From a virus, in IMG/VR virus record IMGVR_UViG_3300045988_124588: DNA of 15,996 nucleotides. One strand, 5' to 3'. Under the pieces are notes generated by a model. The model saw only the letters and a program-made list of their open reading frames with translations, searched no databases and had not been told where the DNA came from. Below, piece after piece: positions 8,411 to 14,681 of the stretch. Both the position numbers and the translations under genes were made by a program. Numbering within the stretch: position 1 is the first letter of the stretch; the number at the start of each line of letters is the position of its first letter.

Positions 8411-8914
8411 GCTGGTTCCTTTCTGGTTTCCGGTTTCGGACACTTTTCCGTGGGTTCCGTCGGCGGCGCGCTGCGAGGTGATCTTCGCGGCCTCGTAGGC
8501 GGGCCACGACACCACGGACACCTCCAAAAGGCGCACGCGCCTGCGGTGGGTGACGCCCTGCTTGTCGGTCTCGTCCTCGATGGGCACGAAGCCGACGCTG
8601 AGCGAGTCCAAAGCGCCGTCGCGCAACAGGGCCACCACGTCCCGGCCGCGCTGCGTGTCGCTGATATGCGCCGTGATGTGCAGGCCGTCTGTCTGCGGTT
8701 CCGCGTTTGTGATGCGGCCGATAAGCTCCCCGTGCTGGTAGCAGAGCTTGGCCGATTCCGATTCCTCGAAGACGCAATCGGGGTCGAACGTCTCGGCACC
8801 GTCCCATGTGCTGATAATGCTGTCGTAGGGCACGGCCACGCCCTCCAACGTGCGGCCATCGCCCTCCTCGGCGGCTCTCAGGCACACGCCCCTCAATCCG
8901 ATTTCATGCTTCAT
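7328..8914 (-). CDS. Fused HK97-family prohead protease (S78/U35, aa ~1-150) and HK97-fold major capsid protein with delta-like region (aa ~169-528)
   Basis: The N-terminus is LEGVAVPYDSIISTWDGAETFDPDCVF...CYQHGELIGR...DGLHITAHISDTQRGRDVVALLRDGALDSLSVGFV...LLEVSVVSWPAYEAAKI, which is the prohead protease pattern. The remainder has capsid-like length and composition. It is a single uninterrupted ORF with AGGAGG before the ATG. Confidence 0.85.
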   Translation of the reverse strand: MKHEIGLRGVCLRAAEEGDGRTLEGVAVPYDSIISTWDGAETFDPDCVFEESESAKLCYQHGELIGRITNAEPQTDGLHITAHISDTQRGRDVVALLRDGALDSLSVGFVPIEDETDKQGVTHRRRVRLLEVSVVSWPAYEAAKITSQRAADGTHGKVSETGNQKGTSMDNDEITEKLNGIMDEQRSLKAAIAKTGNHEPAKIMGSEYRTAGDYLQALYRGDQEAVQLMHECRDLISTGDTGNKVAWIRDDLRLIEQRRKVTNILTHDTLPDKGMTMEYNVVADDTTAVAQQAAEGGDLQFGKVKFGTKSAAISTYGGYTTLSRQTIERSTTPMLNTALAALRNAYAKATENAVRKYLYDTIAAQRDAAKDANKIDAPAALTAMNIDQWAGLIMDAAELADDRNVSLTRLGVSKDVMAALIKLKDTGSRFFDLSGDGSDTLGDFDLTGIAGKFLRVPVQMLPKAPAGTACFIDPEAVTVWESGGPTQLSDGDPTKLTENYSVYGYMAVAATHPLGLIPVKFDATSESV

Positions 8915-10034
8915 TCTGAGCCTCCTGTGTCTGTGGTTCCGGTTGCGGTGCCGGGATAAGCGGCGGCAGCGCCTCCCTTGCGCGCACCTCGTTGACGTCC
9001 ATCCACCCGGCCTCTATCGCCGTCTTGTAGGCGTTGAACCGATCGGCCATGTCCGCGCGCCGGCTGCTGTCCCAGTCGAACGCGGCCGTGCGGCCCCTCG
9101 GCAACAAACGGTTGAACAACTCCTCGATCTCGCCCGCATAAGCCGCCAACGTGTAATCGGCAAACTCAATCCACGACTGTTCTATGTTGCTGTAGGTGAG
9201 ATTGCTGCCGTCAACGGCCGCAAGCATGATGCTGGCCGGGATGCCGAGCAACCGGGCGATCTGCGTGGTATCGAATTTCTGCGTTTCGAGAAACTGCAAG
9301 TCGGCCGGTTTCATGTCCAGCGGCACGTATTTGAGTTTCGAGCCGAGCACCTTCACGTCGCCGGCCTCACCGGTGGCCTTCCACGCCTCCTTGGCGTCCT
9401 TGGCAATCTGGGGGGTCACCTTGTCCTCGGTCTGCAAATAGCCCTTGAGGTTGCTGCCGTCGCTGTAGAACTTGGCCTTGTAGGTTCGGGCCATCTGCGC
9501 GGCCTCCACCTCCTCACGCGCCGCCGAGATTGGGCCAAGCCCACGCAACCGGCCAGGCACGTTCAAAAACTTGCAATGCACGATCTGGTCAGACGTGTAA
9601 TCATGCCCAAGATAGGAATAGCGGAGTTTCGGAGAGGCGGGGTCGGTTCCATCGTCGCTCACGGTCACAAGCGACGGTGGCAGCACCTCGCACGACACCA
9701 CCTCGCCGCCGAACCACACAAGACGCACGAAAGCGTTGCCGTCCAGCACCATGCTTGCCACCATGTCCGCGAGGAAGTCACGGCGGCTACGGTTCACGTC
9801 CGGCTGAAGCACGATGGACGAAACCGTATCGAGCTTCACGCCACCCCTGATTTCATGGATAGGCAAACCCGTGATAGCGGTTTGCAGCACCTGCACGCCA
9901 CGGAACACGGTTGAGAGGCTCAACGGGTCGCAGTCAGCCAAGCGTGCCGGTGGTTTGATGCCGTCCGGCACGCCAGCGTCAGCGCCGCGCGTCAGCACGC
10001 GGCCCGCCATTCTCACACGCTCCCAAATGCTCAT
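8904..10034 (-). CDS. Portal protein (HK97-family-like, 376 aa)
   Basis: Its position between TerL and the protease-capsid gene, its length and its acidic C-terminus support the call. The start MSIWERVRMAG at ATG 10034 is the preferred one. In-frame upstream ATGs at 10094 and 10124 lie in a tandem repeat, so the start is uncertain. Confidence 0.8.
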   Translation of the reverse strand: MSIWERVRMAGRVLTRGADAGVPDGIKPPARLADCDPLSLSTVFRGVQVLQTAITGLPIHEIRGGVKLDTVSSIVLQPDVNRSRRDFLADMVASMVLDGNAFVRLVWFGGEVVSCEVLPPSLVTVSDDGTDPASPKLRYSYLGHDYTSDQIVHCKFLNVPGRLRGLGPISAAREEVEAAQMARTYKAKFYSDGSNLKGYLQTEDKVTPQIAKDAKEAWKATGEAGDVKVLGSKLKYVPLDMKPADLQFLETQKFDTTQIARLLGIPASIMLAAVDGSNLTYSNIEQSWIEFADYTLAAYAGEIEELFNRLLPRGRTAAFDWDSSRRADMADRFNAYKTAIEAGWMDVNEVRAREALPPLIPAPQPEPQTQEAQNEA

Positions 10035-10080
10035 GCGGCCAAGTATCACCGCCAAGCGCCAAACCCGCCACAAGCCCGCC

Positions 10081-10150
10081 GCCCAACGCCGCATAGTGGC
10101 GCCATGCAACGCCGAACGCCGCATAGTGCCGCCATGCAACGCCGAACGCC
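10081..10150. repeat. 30-bp tandem repeat, ~2.3 copies, between the TerL stop and the portal start
   Basis: 10087..10116 (cgccgcatagtggcgccatgcaacgccgaa) and 10117..10146 (cgccgcatagtgccgccatgcaacgccgaa) differ at one base. Partial copies flank them. Confidence 0.9.
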
Positions 10151-10155
10151 ACCGG

Positions 10156-11601
10156 CTAGTAGATTTGCAGCGGCCCCGTTTCCTCCGGCCTGTGGGCTGC
10201 TCCCCAGGCGGCCAACATGCAGCTTTCCAACGGTGATGTAAGGCCGGTGCTGCCACGGCGGCTCACCCGCCATGCGTCGCCGGCCCATTTGCGCGCCGAG
10301 TTCGCGGCGCTGGCGTCCAACTCAGCGTCGGCGGCGTGAGTAACCGCCTTATTCGCCAGACCGGCGACGAAACTCTGGCCGATGGTCAGGTAGTCGGCGG
10401 CGTCCATGTCCACGAACCGCAACAACGGGTCGCCAGCGTCGTCTGCCATATGGTGCAACCTGTCGGACAAATCGGCGGCGGTGCCGCGCGCGTCGATCAC
10501 CACCGGCGCGTCATATTTCTCACACAACCGGTTGAGTTCGGTGGGCGCGTACCCGGTGCCGTCCAAGATTCTCAACAGTTGCACCGTAATTGTGCCGTCA
10601 TTGTTGGCGATGCCAGCCGAAACGCTGGTATGGGTGCCGTCCACGTCCACCGCGACGCCGAACACCACCGGCCGGCCGTCCAAGTCGCCGGGCGTCACCG
10701 GTGCCGTTACCGTAGCCGCCCACAACGCCTCGTCTATCGCCCGGTCCGTTATGCCCTCGTCCCTGCGGTTGCCGAACGCGCGCGCCCAACCTGCCGGGTT
10801 GCCCTGGAACTGTTCTCGGAAGTCGGCCAGCTGCGCCTTGTCCCACAAGAGTCCGGCAGCTGGGTGATAGCGCATGATGCTGTCCAGATTCTCTGGATCT
10901 TCGTCGGCCGGCAAACCGAAGTCGAACCAACACGTTCGGCGCGATTGTTCGCCAGCCCTGCAAGCGTCAAGGCGGCGGTTGAAAAACGTCGATTCCGCCG
11001 TGCCTTCTGTACTGGTAATCCATAGTTGCGGTTGCACGCCGGTGGCCTTGAACCTTGTCGCCATGGTCGGCATGAAGCCGTCCAAAATGGTGTTGCCGGT
11101 TTCCTCGGACAACGAAAACGCCTCGTCCAACGTGATTTTGTCGCCTTGGACGCCGTGCCCCGCAACCTTGGTCACGCTCTTCGGCATTATCACGCTGCCA
11201 TTGGCGAACGGCTGGCGCAAGTCGCCCGCGCCGAGATACGGCCGTGTGGTTATTGCGGCAAGCGGCGAGCTGCCGAGCGTTTTCAGGTATTTCTTGAAGT
11301 GGTCGCCCGCGTCCTTGCCCGTCTGCGCCAGATAATAGATGAAACGATCTGGTCCCCACTGCGAGTTGCGCGTGTCCACCGCGTCCACAAGCGTACTTTT
11401 TCCACACTGTCGCGGTGTGCTCAATATGACCGTGTCATAGTAGTAAGTGCCTGTGTCCGGGTCTATTTCCCCCGCCACGTCGGCTACCAACCGTTGCCAT
11501 GGCAGAAGAGGCGTGCCAAGCAACCGGGCGAACTTGGCGACTATAGGCCCGTCGGTGCGGCGGTCCGGGTTTCGCTGGGTGCCGCCGCGCAATGGCGTCA
11601 T
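10156..11601 (-). CDS. terL: Terminase large subunit (481 aa)
   Basis: Walker A is STPRQCGKST and Walker B-like is KITLDEAF. A C-terminal nuclease-sized domain is present. ATG 11601 overlaps the upstream stop (ATGA). The track start at 11775 lies inside the upstream gene. Confidence 0.9.
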   Translation of the reverse strand: MTPLRGGTQRNPDRRTDGPIVAKFARLLGTPLLPWQRLVADVAGEIDPDTGTYYYDTVILSTPRQCGKSTLVDAVDTRNSQWGPDRFIYYLAQTGKDAGDHFKKYLKTLGSSPLAAITTRPYLGAGDLRQPFANGSVIMPKSVTKVAGHGVQGDKITLDEAFSLSEETGNTILDGFMPTMATRFKATGVQPQLWITSTEGTAESTFFNRRLDACRAGEQSRRTCWFDFGLPADEDPENLDSIMRYHPAAGLLWDKAQLADFREQFQGNPAGWARAFGNRRDEGITDRAIDEALWAATVTAPVTPGDLDGRPVVFGVAVDVDGTHTSVSAGIANNDGTITVQLLRILDGTGYAPTELNRLCEKYDAPVVIDARGTAADLSDRLHHMADDAGDPLLRFVDMDAADYLTIGQSFVAGLANKAVTHAADAELDASAANSARKWAGDAWRVSRRGSTGLTSPLESCMLAAWGAAHRPEETGPLQIY

Positions 11602-11903
11602 GCCCGTGCCTCTTCCAGCAGACCGGCAAGAGCGGGGTCGATTTCCTGCGTTGCCTGGAACTCGGTTTTCAATTCCTGGTACCACGCCAAGAGCTGGGCC
11701 ATGACACGGCTCGTGTCGCGTCCTTTGACGTTCAGCGCGTCGAAATTGCGGGCAATGTTGATCATGGTCTTGCACACGTACTTGGCGTTAGGGTCAAGCT
11801 GCCTATCGCCCACGAAACTCTCGATAAGCTCCTTGGTGGCGCGTTCCTGCAAGCCCTCGTTGGGGCCGTAATAATCATTGAAACCGTCCAAGGTCATTTG
11901 CAT
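11598..11903 (-). CDS. Terminase small subunit candidate (101 aa)
   Basis: It is translationally coupled to TerL, follows AAGGAGG, and is the first gene after the AT-rich gap. The call rests on position only. Confidence 0.45.
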   Translation of the reverse strand: MQMTLDGFNDYYGPNEGLQERATKELIESFVGDRQLDPNAKYVCKTMINIARNFDALNVKGRDTSRVMAQLLAWYQELKTEFQATQEIDPALAGLLEEARA

Positions 11904-12031
11904 TTTCCAACCTCCTTAATAGCTGGTTTTCATTGGTATTCCGCCGTTTTCCGATTTTTTTTTATCCGGTTCGAGAGAGTGAAAAAGTGGGCGCGGGGTC
12001 TTGGTCAAGGCCGATGGCTTAAAAAACAGGC
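11904..12031. other. AT-richer intergenic gap between HNH and TerS; candidate cos/packaging site and late promoter region
   Basis: This 128-bp gap lies at the start of the packaging-to-lysis gene run (11903 down to 746). It contains an A9/T9 run (gattttttttta) and an A6 run. HNH-TerS adjacency is typical of cos phages that need HNH for cos cleavage. Confidence 0.3.
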
Positions 12032-12754
12032 TCACCACTCCGGCCTTGACACGACTGTGACGCGATCACTGCGAAGCCCCAAGCGTACGAGCATGGCGCG
12101 GCGTTCCCGCTGTCGTGCGTCCACCAACGCCTGTGAGATGTGCAAGCCGTACCATTGACGCACCAACCGCTTGGCCTGCTCCGTCCCGGCCCGCTCCCAC
12201 TCCACGCTGAAGCCGGGGTCTATCACCCGCACGTCATAATCCAGGGCTATCCACTCGTCCAACATGCGCGGATGCCTCTTGCTGCTTGGCGTGGTTCGTG
12301 CAAGCCACACGTCGATAGGCTCCTGAGTTATGGCGAACTGGCGATAGGCAGCAGACCACGCCATAGCCACCGCCCGCCGCTGCGCCATGCTGGGCGACGC
12401 CGGTAGGCGCATGGCCTGAGCCAACGCCGACCACGACACAACAGGGTCGCCGTGCTGCCTGTGTGAGTCAATCCACTCCACTGCCTCACGGTCGCATGCA
12501 CCGGGTGGCGTGATGATGATATGCAAGCGCGCGCCATAGCCATACAGCACGCGGTCTTGGCGACTGGCGTTGCAATGCTTGCACGCACGCCTGATGTTCG
12601 CCACGGTATCCATGCCGCCATGCGAGTAAGGCACTATATGGTCGTCTTCCTCACCCACGCCGGTGCAACCGGGCAACCTGAGCCAACAAGCATTGCCCCA
12701 CGTCTCGATCACCTTTGCCCTCACAAGAGGGTCGATGGTCTGCCTACGCGCCAT
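12032..12754 (-). CDS. HNH endonuclease with a ~170-aa C-terminal extension (240 aa)
   Basis: The N-terminal sequence CWLRLPGCTGVGEEDDHIVPYSHGGMDTVANIRRACKHCNASR is an HNH motif. ATG 12754 is preceded by GGAGG. The C-terminal part has no motif I recognise with certainty. Confidence 0.8.
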   Translation of the reverse strand: MARRQTIDPLVRAKVIETWGNACWLRLPGCTGVGEEDDHIVPYSHGGMDTVANIRRACKHCNASRQDRVLYGYGARLHIIITPPGACDREAVEWIDSHRQHGDPVVSWSALAQAMRLPASPSMAQRRAVAMAWSAAYRQFAITQEPIDVWLARTTPSSKRHPRMLDEWIALDYDVRVIDPGFSVEWERAGTEQAKRLVRQWYGLHISQALVDARQRERRAMLVRLGLRSDRVTVVSRPEW

Positions 12755-12950
12755 GGCCCTGCCTCCGCTTCCTCGCGCGCACCCACATATCAAGATCAGC
12801 CAGCTCGTACAAGCAAGGCGAGTTGAAAGCGTCGCCGGCCTTGAACCATGACGGCCCACGGTTCTCCTCCCTCATGCGCTCCATCGTGCGCGCCGAGACG
12901 CCCAAGTAGATGGCCGCTTGCCTGGTGGTCAGTTTCGCGCGCGGGTTCAC
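12744..12950 (-). CDS. Excisionase-like / MerR-type HTH_17 DNA-binding protein (68 aa from GTG 12950)
   Basis: LTTRQAAIYLGVSARTMERMREENRGPSWFKAGDAFNSPCLYELADLDMWV fits the excisionase-family HTH pattern. GTG 12950 overlaps the upstream stop (GTGA). The alternative GTG at 12968 is possible. Confidence 0.6.
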   Translation of the reverse strand: MNPRAKLTTRQAAIYLGVSARTMERMREENRGPSWFKAGDAFNSPCLYELADLDMWVRARKRRQGHGA

Positions 12951-13288
12951 AGCACGCCCACCCAACACTTGAGCGATGTCAACAGATCGGCGCGGTCGAA
13001 CACCTGCACTCCAGATCGGGATACGGGCTTTCGCAAGACGCCCCTGCTGATAAGCTCCTGCAACACATGGTCGCCGGTCGGGTCGGCTTCCGGCGCGATC
13101 TTGTTCAGGCGAAGCAAGTTGATAACAAAGTAACGCCTAACCATATCGGTTCCGACGGTGTCATGCTCCAACCGTTCGATGTTCCACCTGATAACGTTCT
13201 TGATGTCCTTAGTACGCTGCGCTTTGTTCTTCGGCACCGCACGCTTGGCACGCTTCCTAGTCGGCCTGTAATCCACCGAATATCCCAT
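12947..13288 (-). CDS. Hypothetical protein, basic N-terminus, possible DNA-binding function (113 aa)
   Basis: ATG 13288 is preceded by GAGG with 6-nt spacing. The sequence MGYSVDYRPTRKRAKRAVPKNKAQRTK... is the first gene after the non-coding island. I recognise no family. Confidence 0.5.
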   Translation of the reverse strand: MGYSVDYRPTRKRAKRAVPKNKAQRTKDIKNVIRWNIERLEHDTVGTDMVRRYFVINLLRLNKIAPEADPTGDHVLQELISRGVLRKPVSRSGVQVFDRADLLTSLKCWVGVL

Positions 13289-13791
13289 AATTTGCCTCAC
13301 TTCCTAAAGCTTGAGTCGGTCTGTCGAGTTGGTCTGTAGAAGATTGATTCCGAAGCCGCAAGGCTCCGTTTCCATGTCTCTCAAATTGGTGAACAGTTAG
13401 AGCGAGGAACCTCAAAGCGAAACAATGGAAACCGGCGAAGCCGCAAGGCTCCGCCGTCCAAAGTTCCGTAAGGTTCGCACTGCAAAGCAAGCTCTCAAAT
13501 CGGAGCCACAGCCGTCGCAATGGTCAGCGGCACAATGGCCGCGCGCAAGGTCACGGCCTGAGACCCGCCACGCATGGCGGCAAAGCACCCTGTTGCGCCC
13601 TCCCAATGCGCCCCAAGCCGTTCAGTGAACCCGCATGGCAGACCCCGCCGCCGTCGTAACCACCGGCCCACAGCCGGTGTGTTTGTAACGCGCTGGGCAA
13701 GGCGCGGTAGGGTACTTTCAAAACACGCTGGGACTCACCTACGGTCGCAATCCGTCAAAGCGCATGAAATTATCGGAAAGAACGAGAACGA
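13289..13791. other. ~500-bp non-coding island (candidate origin, regulatory region or structured RNA)
   Basis: It contains no ORF with an SD or plausible composition. An 18-bp perfect direct repeat cgaagccgcaaggctccg lies at 13351..13368 and 13436..13453. Each copy folds as a hairpin with a GCAA loop on the plus strand. The repeat ggtctgt occurs at 13317 and 13331. GCAA-loop and short GC hairpins are frequent, for example ccgccaCGCAtggcgg at 13565..13580. Confidence 0.4.
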
Positions 13792-13983
13792 TCACGCCTG
13801 CCTGTATCTTCGCCTCACCGCATCGTCACGAGCCAACGAATCAGTCACGCACGAGCGCAACTGTTCCAACTGCGGGCGCGTCAACATCACCGCCGCGCGA
13901 ACATCACCGGAATCGAACGACACACGGAAGATACCCGGATATGCCTCGTAATTATCCACGCAGACCCTAGTAGCCGTACCCAT
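13792..13983 (-). CDS. Hypothetical protein (63 aa)
   Basis: ATG 13983 shares a base with the upstream TGA (TGATG coupling). The sequence is MGTATRVCVDNYEAYPGIFRVSFDSGDVRAAVMLTRPQLEQL... No family is recognised. Confidence 0.45.
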   Translation of the reverse strand: MGTATRVCVDNYEAYPGIFRVSFDSGDVRAAVMLTRPQLEQLRSCVTDSLARDDAVRRRYRQA

Positions 13984-14246
13984 CACACCACCTCGCCTTC
14001 GTCGGTTATCGTCATTTGCACTTCGTCGGGTATGGACTTGATGCAGCACACCAGCACGTAGCCGTCGTACTCCGGTATCTTGCCGGTGCGCAGCACGATG
14101 GCCGATTGGTCGTCGTCGTCGGTGAAGCAACGCACGATGCCGCACGTCCACTTGACGCCACCCTTCTGCGTCACCAGACGCAACACCACCAGATCACCCG
14201 GCGCAACTGTGCCGGGTTCCGTGGTGATCTCGAAACGAACGCTCAT
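13983..14246 (-). CDS. Hypothetical protein (87 aa)
   Basis: ATG 14246 is preceded by AAGGAGCAG. The sequence is MSVRFEITTEPGTVAPGDLVVLRLVTQKGG... No family is recognised. Confidence 0.5.
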   Translation of the reverse strand: MSVRFEITTEPGTVAPGDLVVLRLVTQKGGVKWTCGIVRCFTDDDDQSAIVLRTGKIPEYDGYVLVCCIKSIPDEVQMTITDEGEVV

Positions 14247-14247
14247 T

Positions 14248-14358
14248 TCACTGCTCCTTGGCCTTCCACTTGGCGTCGCCGGCGAGAGATTCAGCGTGCA
14301 AAGCGACGCCCAGCGCCACAATTGAAACAATCAAAGAAACAAGCCCAAGCACCGTCAC
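14248..14358 (-). CDS. Possible 36-aa single-pass membrane peptide
   Basis: My own translation gives VTVLGLVSLIVSIVALGVALHAESLAGDAKWKAKEQ. The GTG start overlaps the Cro-like stop (GTGA), and the stop lies 1 nt before the next ATG. It fills an otherwise unexplained 108-nt gap and is below the ORF-track size cutoff. Confidence 0.3.
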   Translation of the reverse strand: MTVLGLVSLIVSIVALGVALHAESLAGDAKWKAKEQ

Positions 14359-14591
14359 TTCACCTCCAATGGCTCACGGCCAAGAAGCACGTCTGAGGGA
14401 ATGCCGAAGTGTTCTGCAAGATTGGCGATTTCTTCAGATTTGAAGCTGATTCGTCCGGCGCATTTCTGAGATAAAGCAGACGGAGATATGCCGATGATGG
14501 CGGCAACTTGCTTCAAGGACTCACCTTTGAAGCCCGTTAAACGTTTTATCACCTGACCTGAATTTAGGCCATCTAATCTCAAAGTAGACAT
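14355..14591 (-). CDS. Cro-like XRE-family HTH regulator, first gene of the long minus-strand operon (78 aa)
   Basis: The HTH is SLKQVAAIIGISPSALSQKCAGR. It is divergent from the repressor-like gene across a 90-bp AT-richer switch region. Confidence 0.7.
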   Translation of the reverse strand: MSTLRLDGLNSGQVIKRLTGFKGESLKQVAAIIGISPSALSQKCAGRISFKSEEIANLAEHFGIPSDVLLGREPLEVK

Positions 14592-14599
14592 AGCCCATA

Positions 14600-14628
14600 T
14601 AGATACACCCAGCTAATTTAGATGTCAA
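14600..14628 (-). promoter_or_regulatory. Candidate leftward (lytic-operon) promoter
   Basis: The minus strand reads TTGACA (14628..14623), a 17-nt spacer, TATCTA (14605..14600), then 8 nt to ATG 14591. This implies a leaderless or near-leaderless transcript. The -10 element is weak. Confidence 0.35.
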
Positions 14629-14645
14629 ATCAAGGATGGCGATAG

Positions 14646-14674
14646 TTGCAATATGCGTTAGCTAGGCTTAATAT
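14646..14674 (+). promoter_or_regulatory. Candidate rightward promoter for the repressor-integrase operon
   Basis: TTGCAA (14646..14651), a 17-nt spacer, TAATAT (14669..14674), then 7 nt to ATG 14682. This predicts a leaderless mRNA, which is common in Actinomycetota. Confidence 0.45.
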
Positions 14675-14681
14675 TATGTGC

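Noticed and set aside
10081-10150. CRISPR array
   Set aside because: The 30-bp units are directly adjacent with no spacers, there are only ~2.3 copies, and no cas genes are present.
10035-10256. N-terminal extensions in the ORF track (portal from 10256, TerL from 11775, minor tail from 3793, fibre from 2162, HNH from 12859, chaperone from 5934, joining protein from 7168)
   Set aside because: The extensions overlap the preceding gene in another frame and are Arg/His-rich. Each contains an internal ATG or GTG that has an SD and/or an ATGA/GTGA overlap with the upstream stop. The shorter starts were therefore used.
13257-13951. Track ORFs inside the non-coding island (13257..13520 -, 13412..13606 -, 13425..13628 +, 13574..13951 +, 13764..13970 +)
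   Set aside because: They have no SD and are mutually overlapping in different frames. Their composition is Arg/Cys/Pro-rich. Two of them are antisense to the better-supported 63-aa gene. They are treated as non-coding.
14592-14681. Operator sites in the switch region
   Set aside because: Only 5-6-bp motifs recur (agcta/tagct, and the tagcta palindrome at 14659). Matches this short are expected by chance in 90 bp, so no operator is called.
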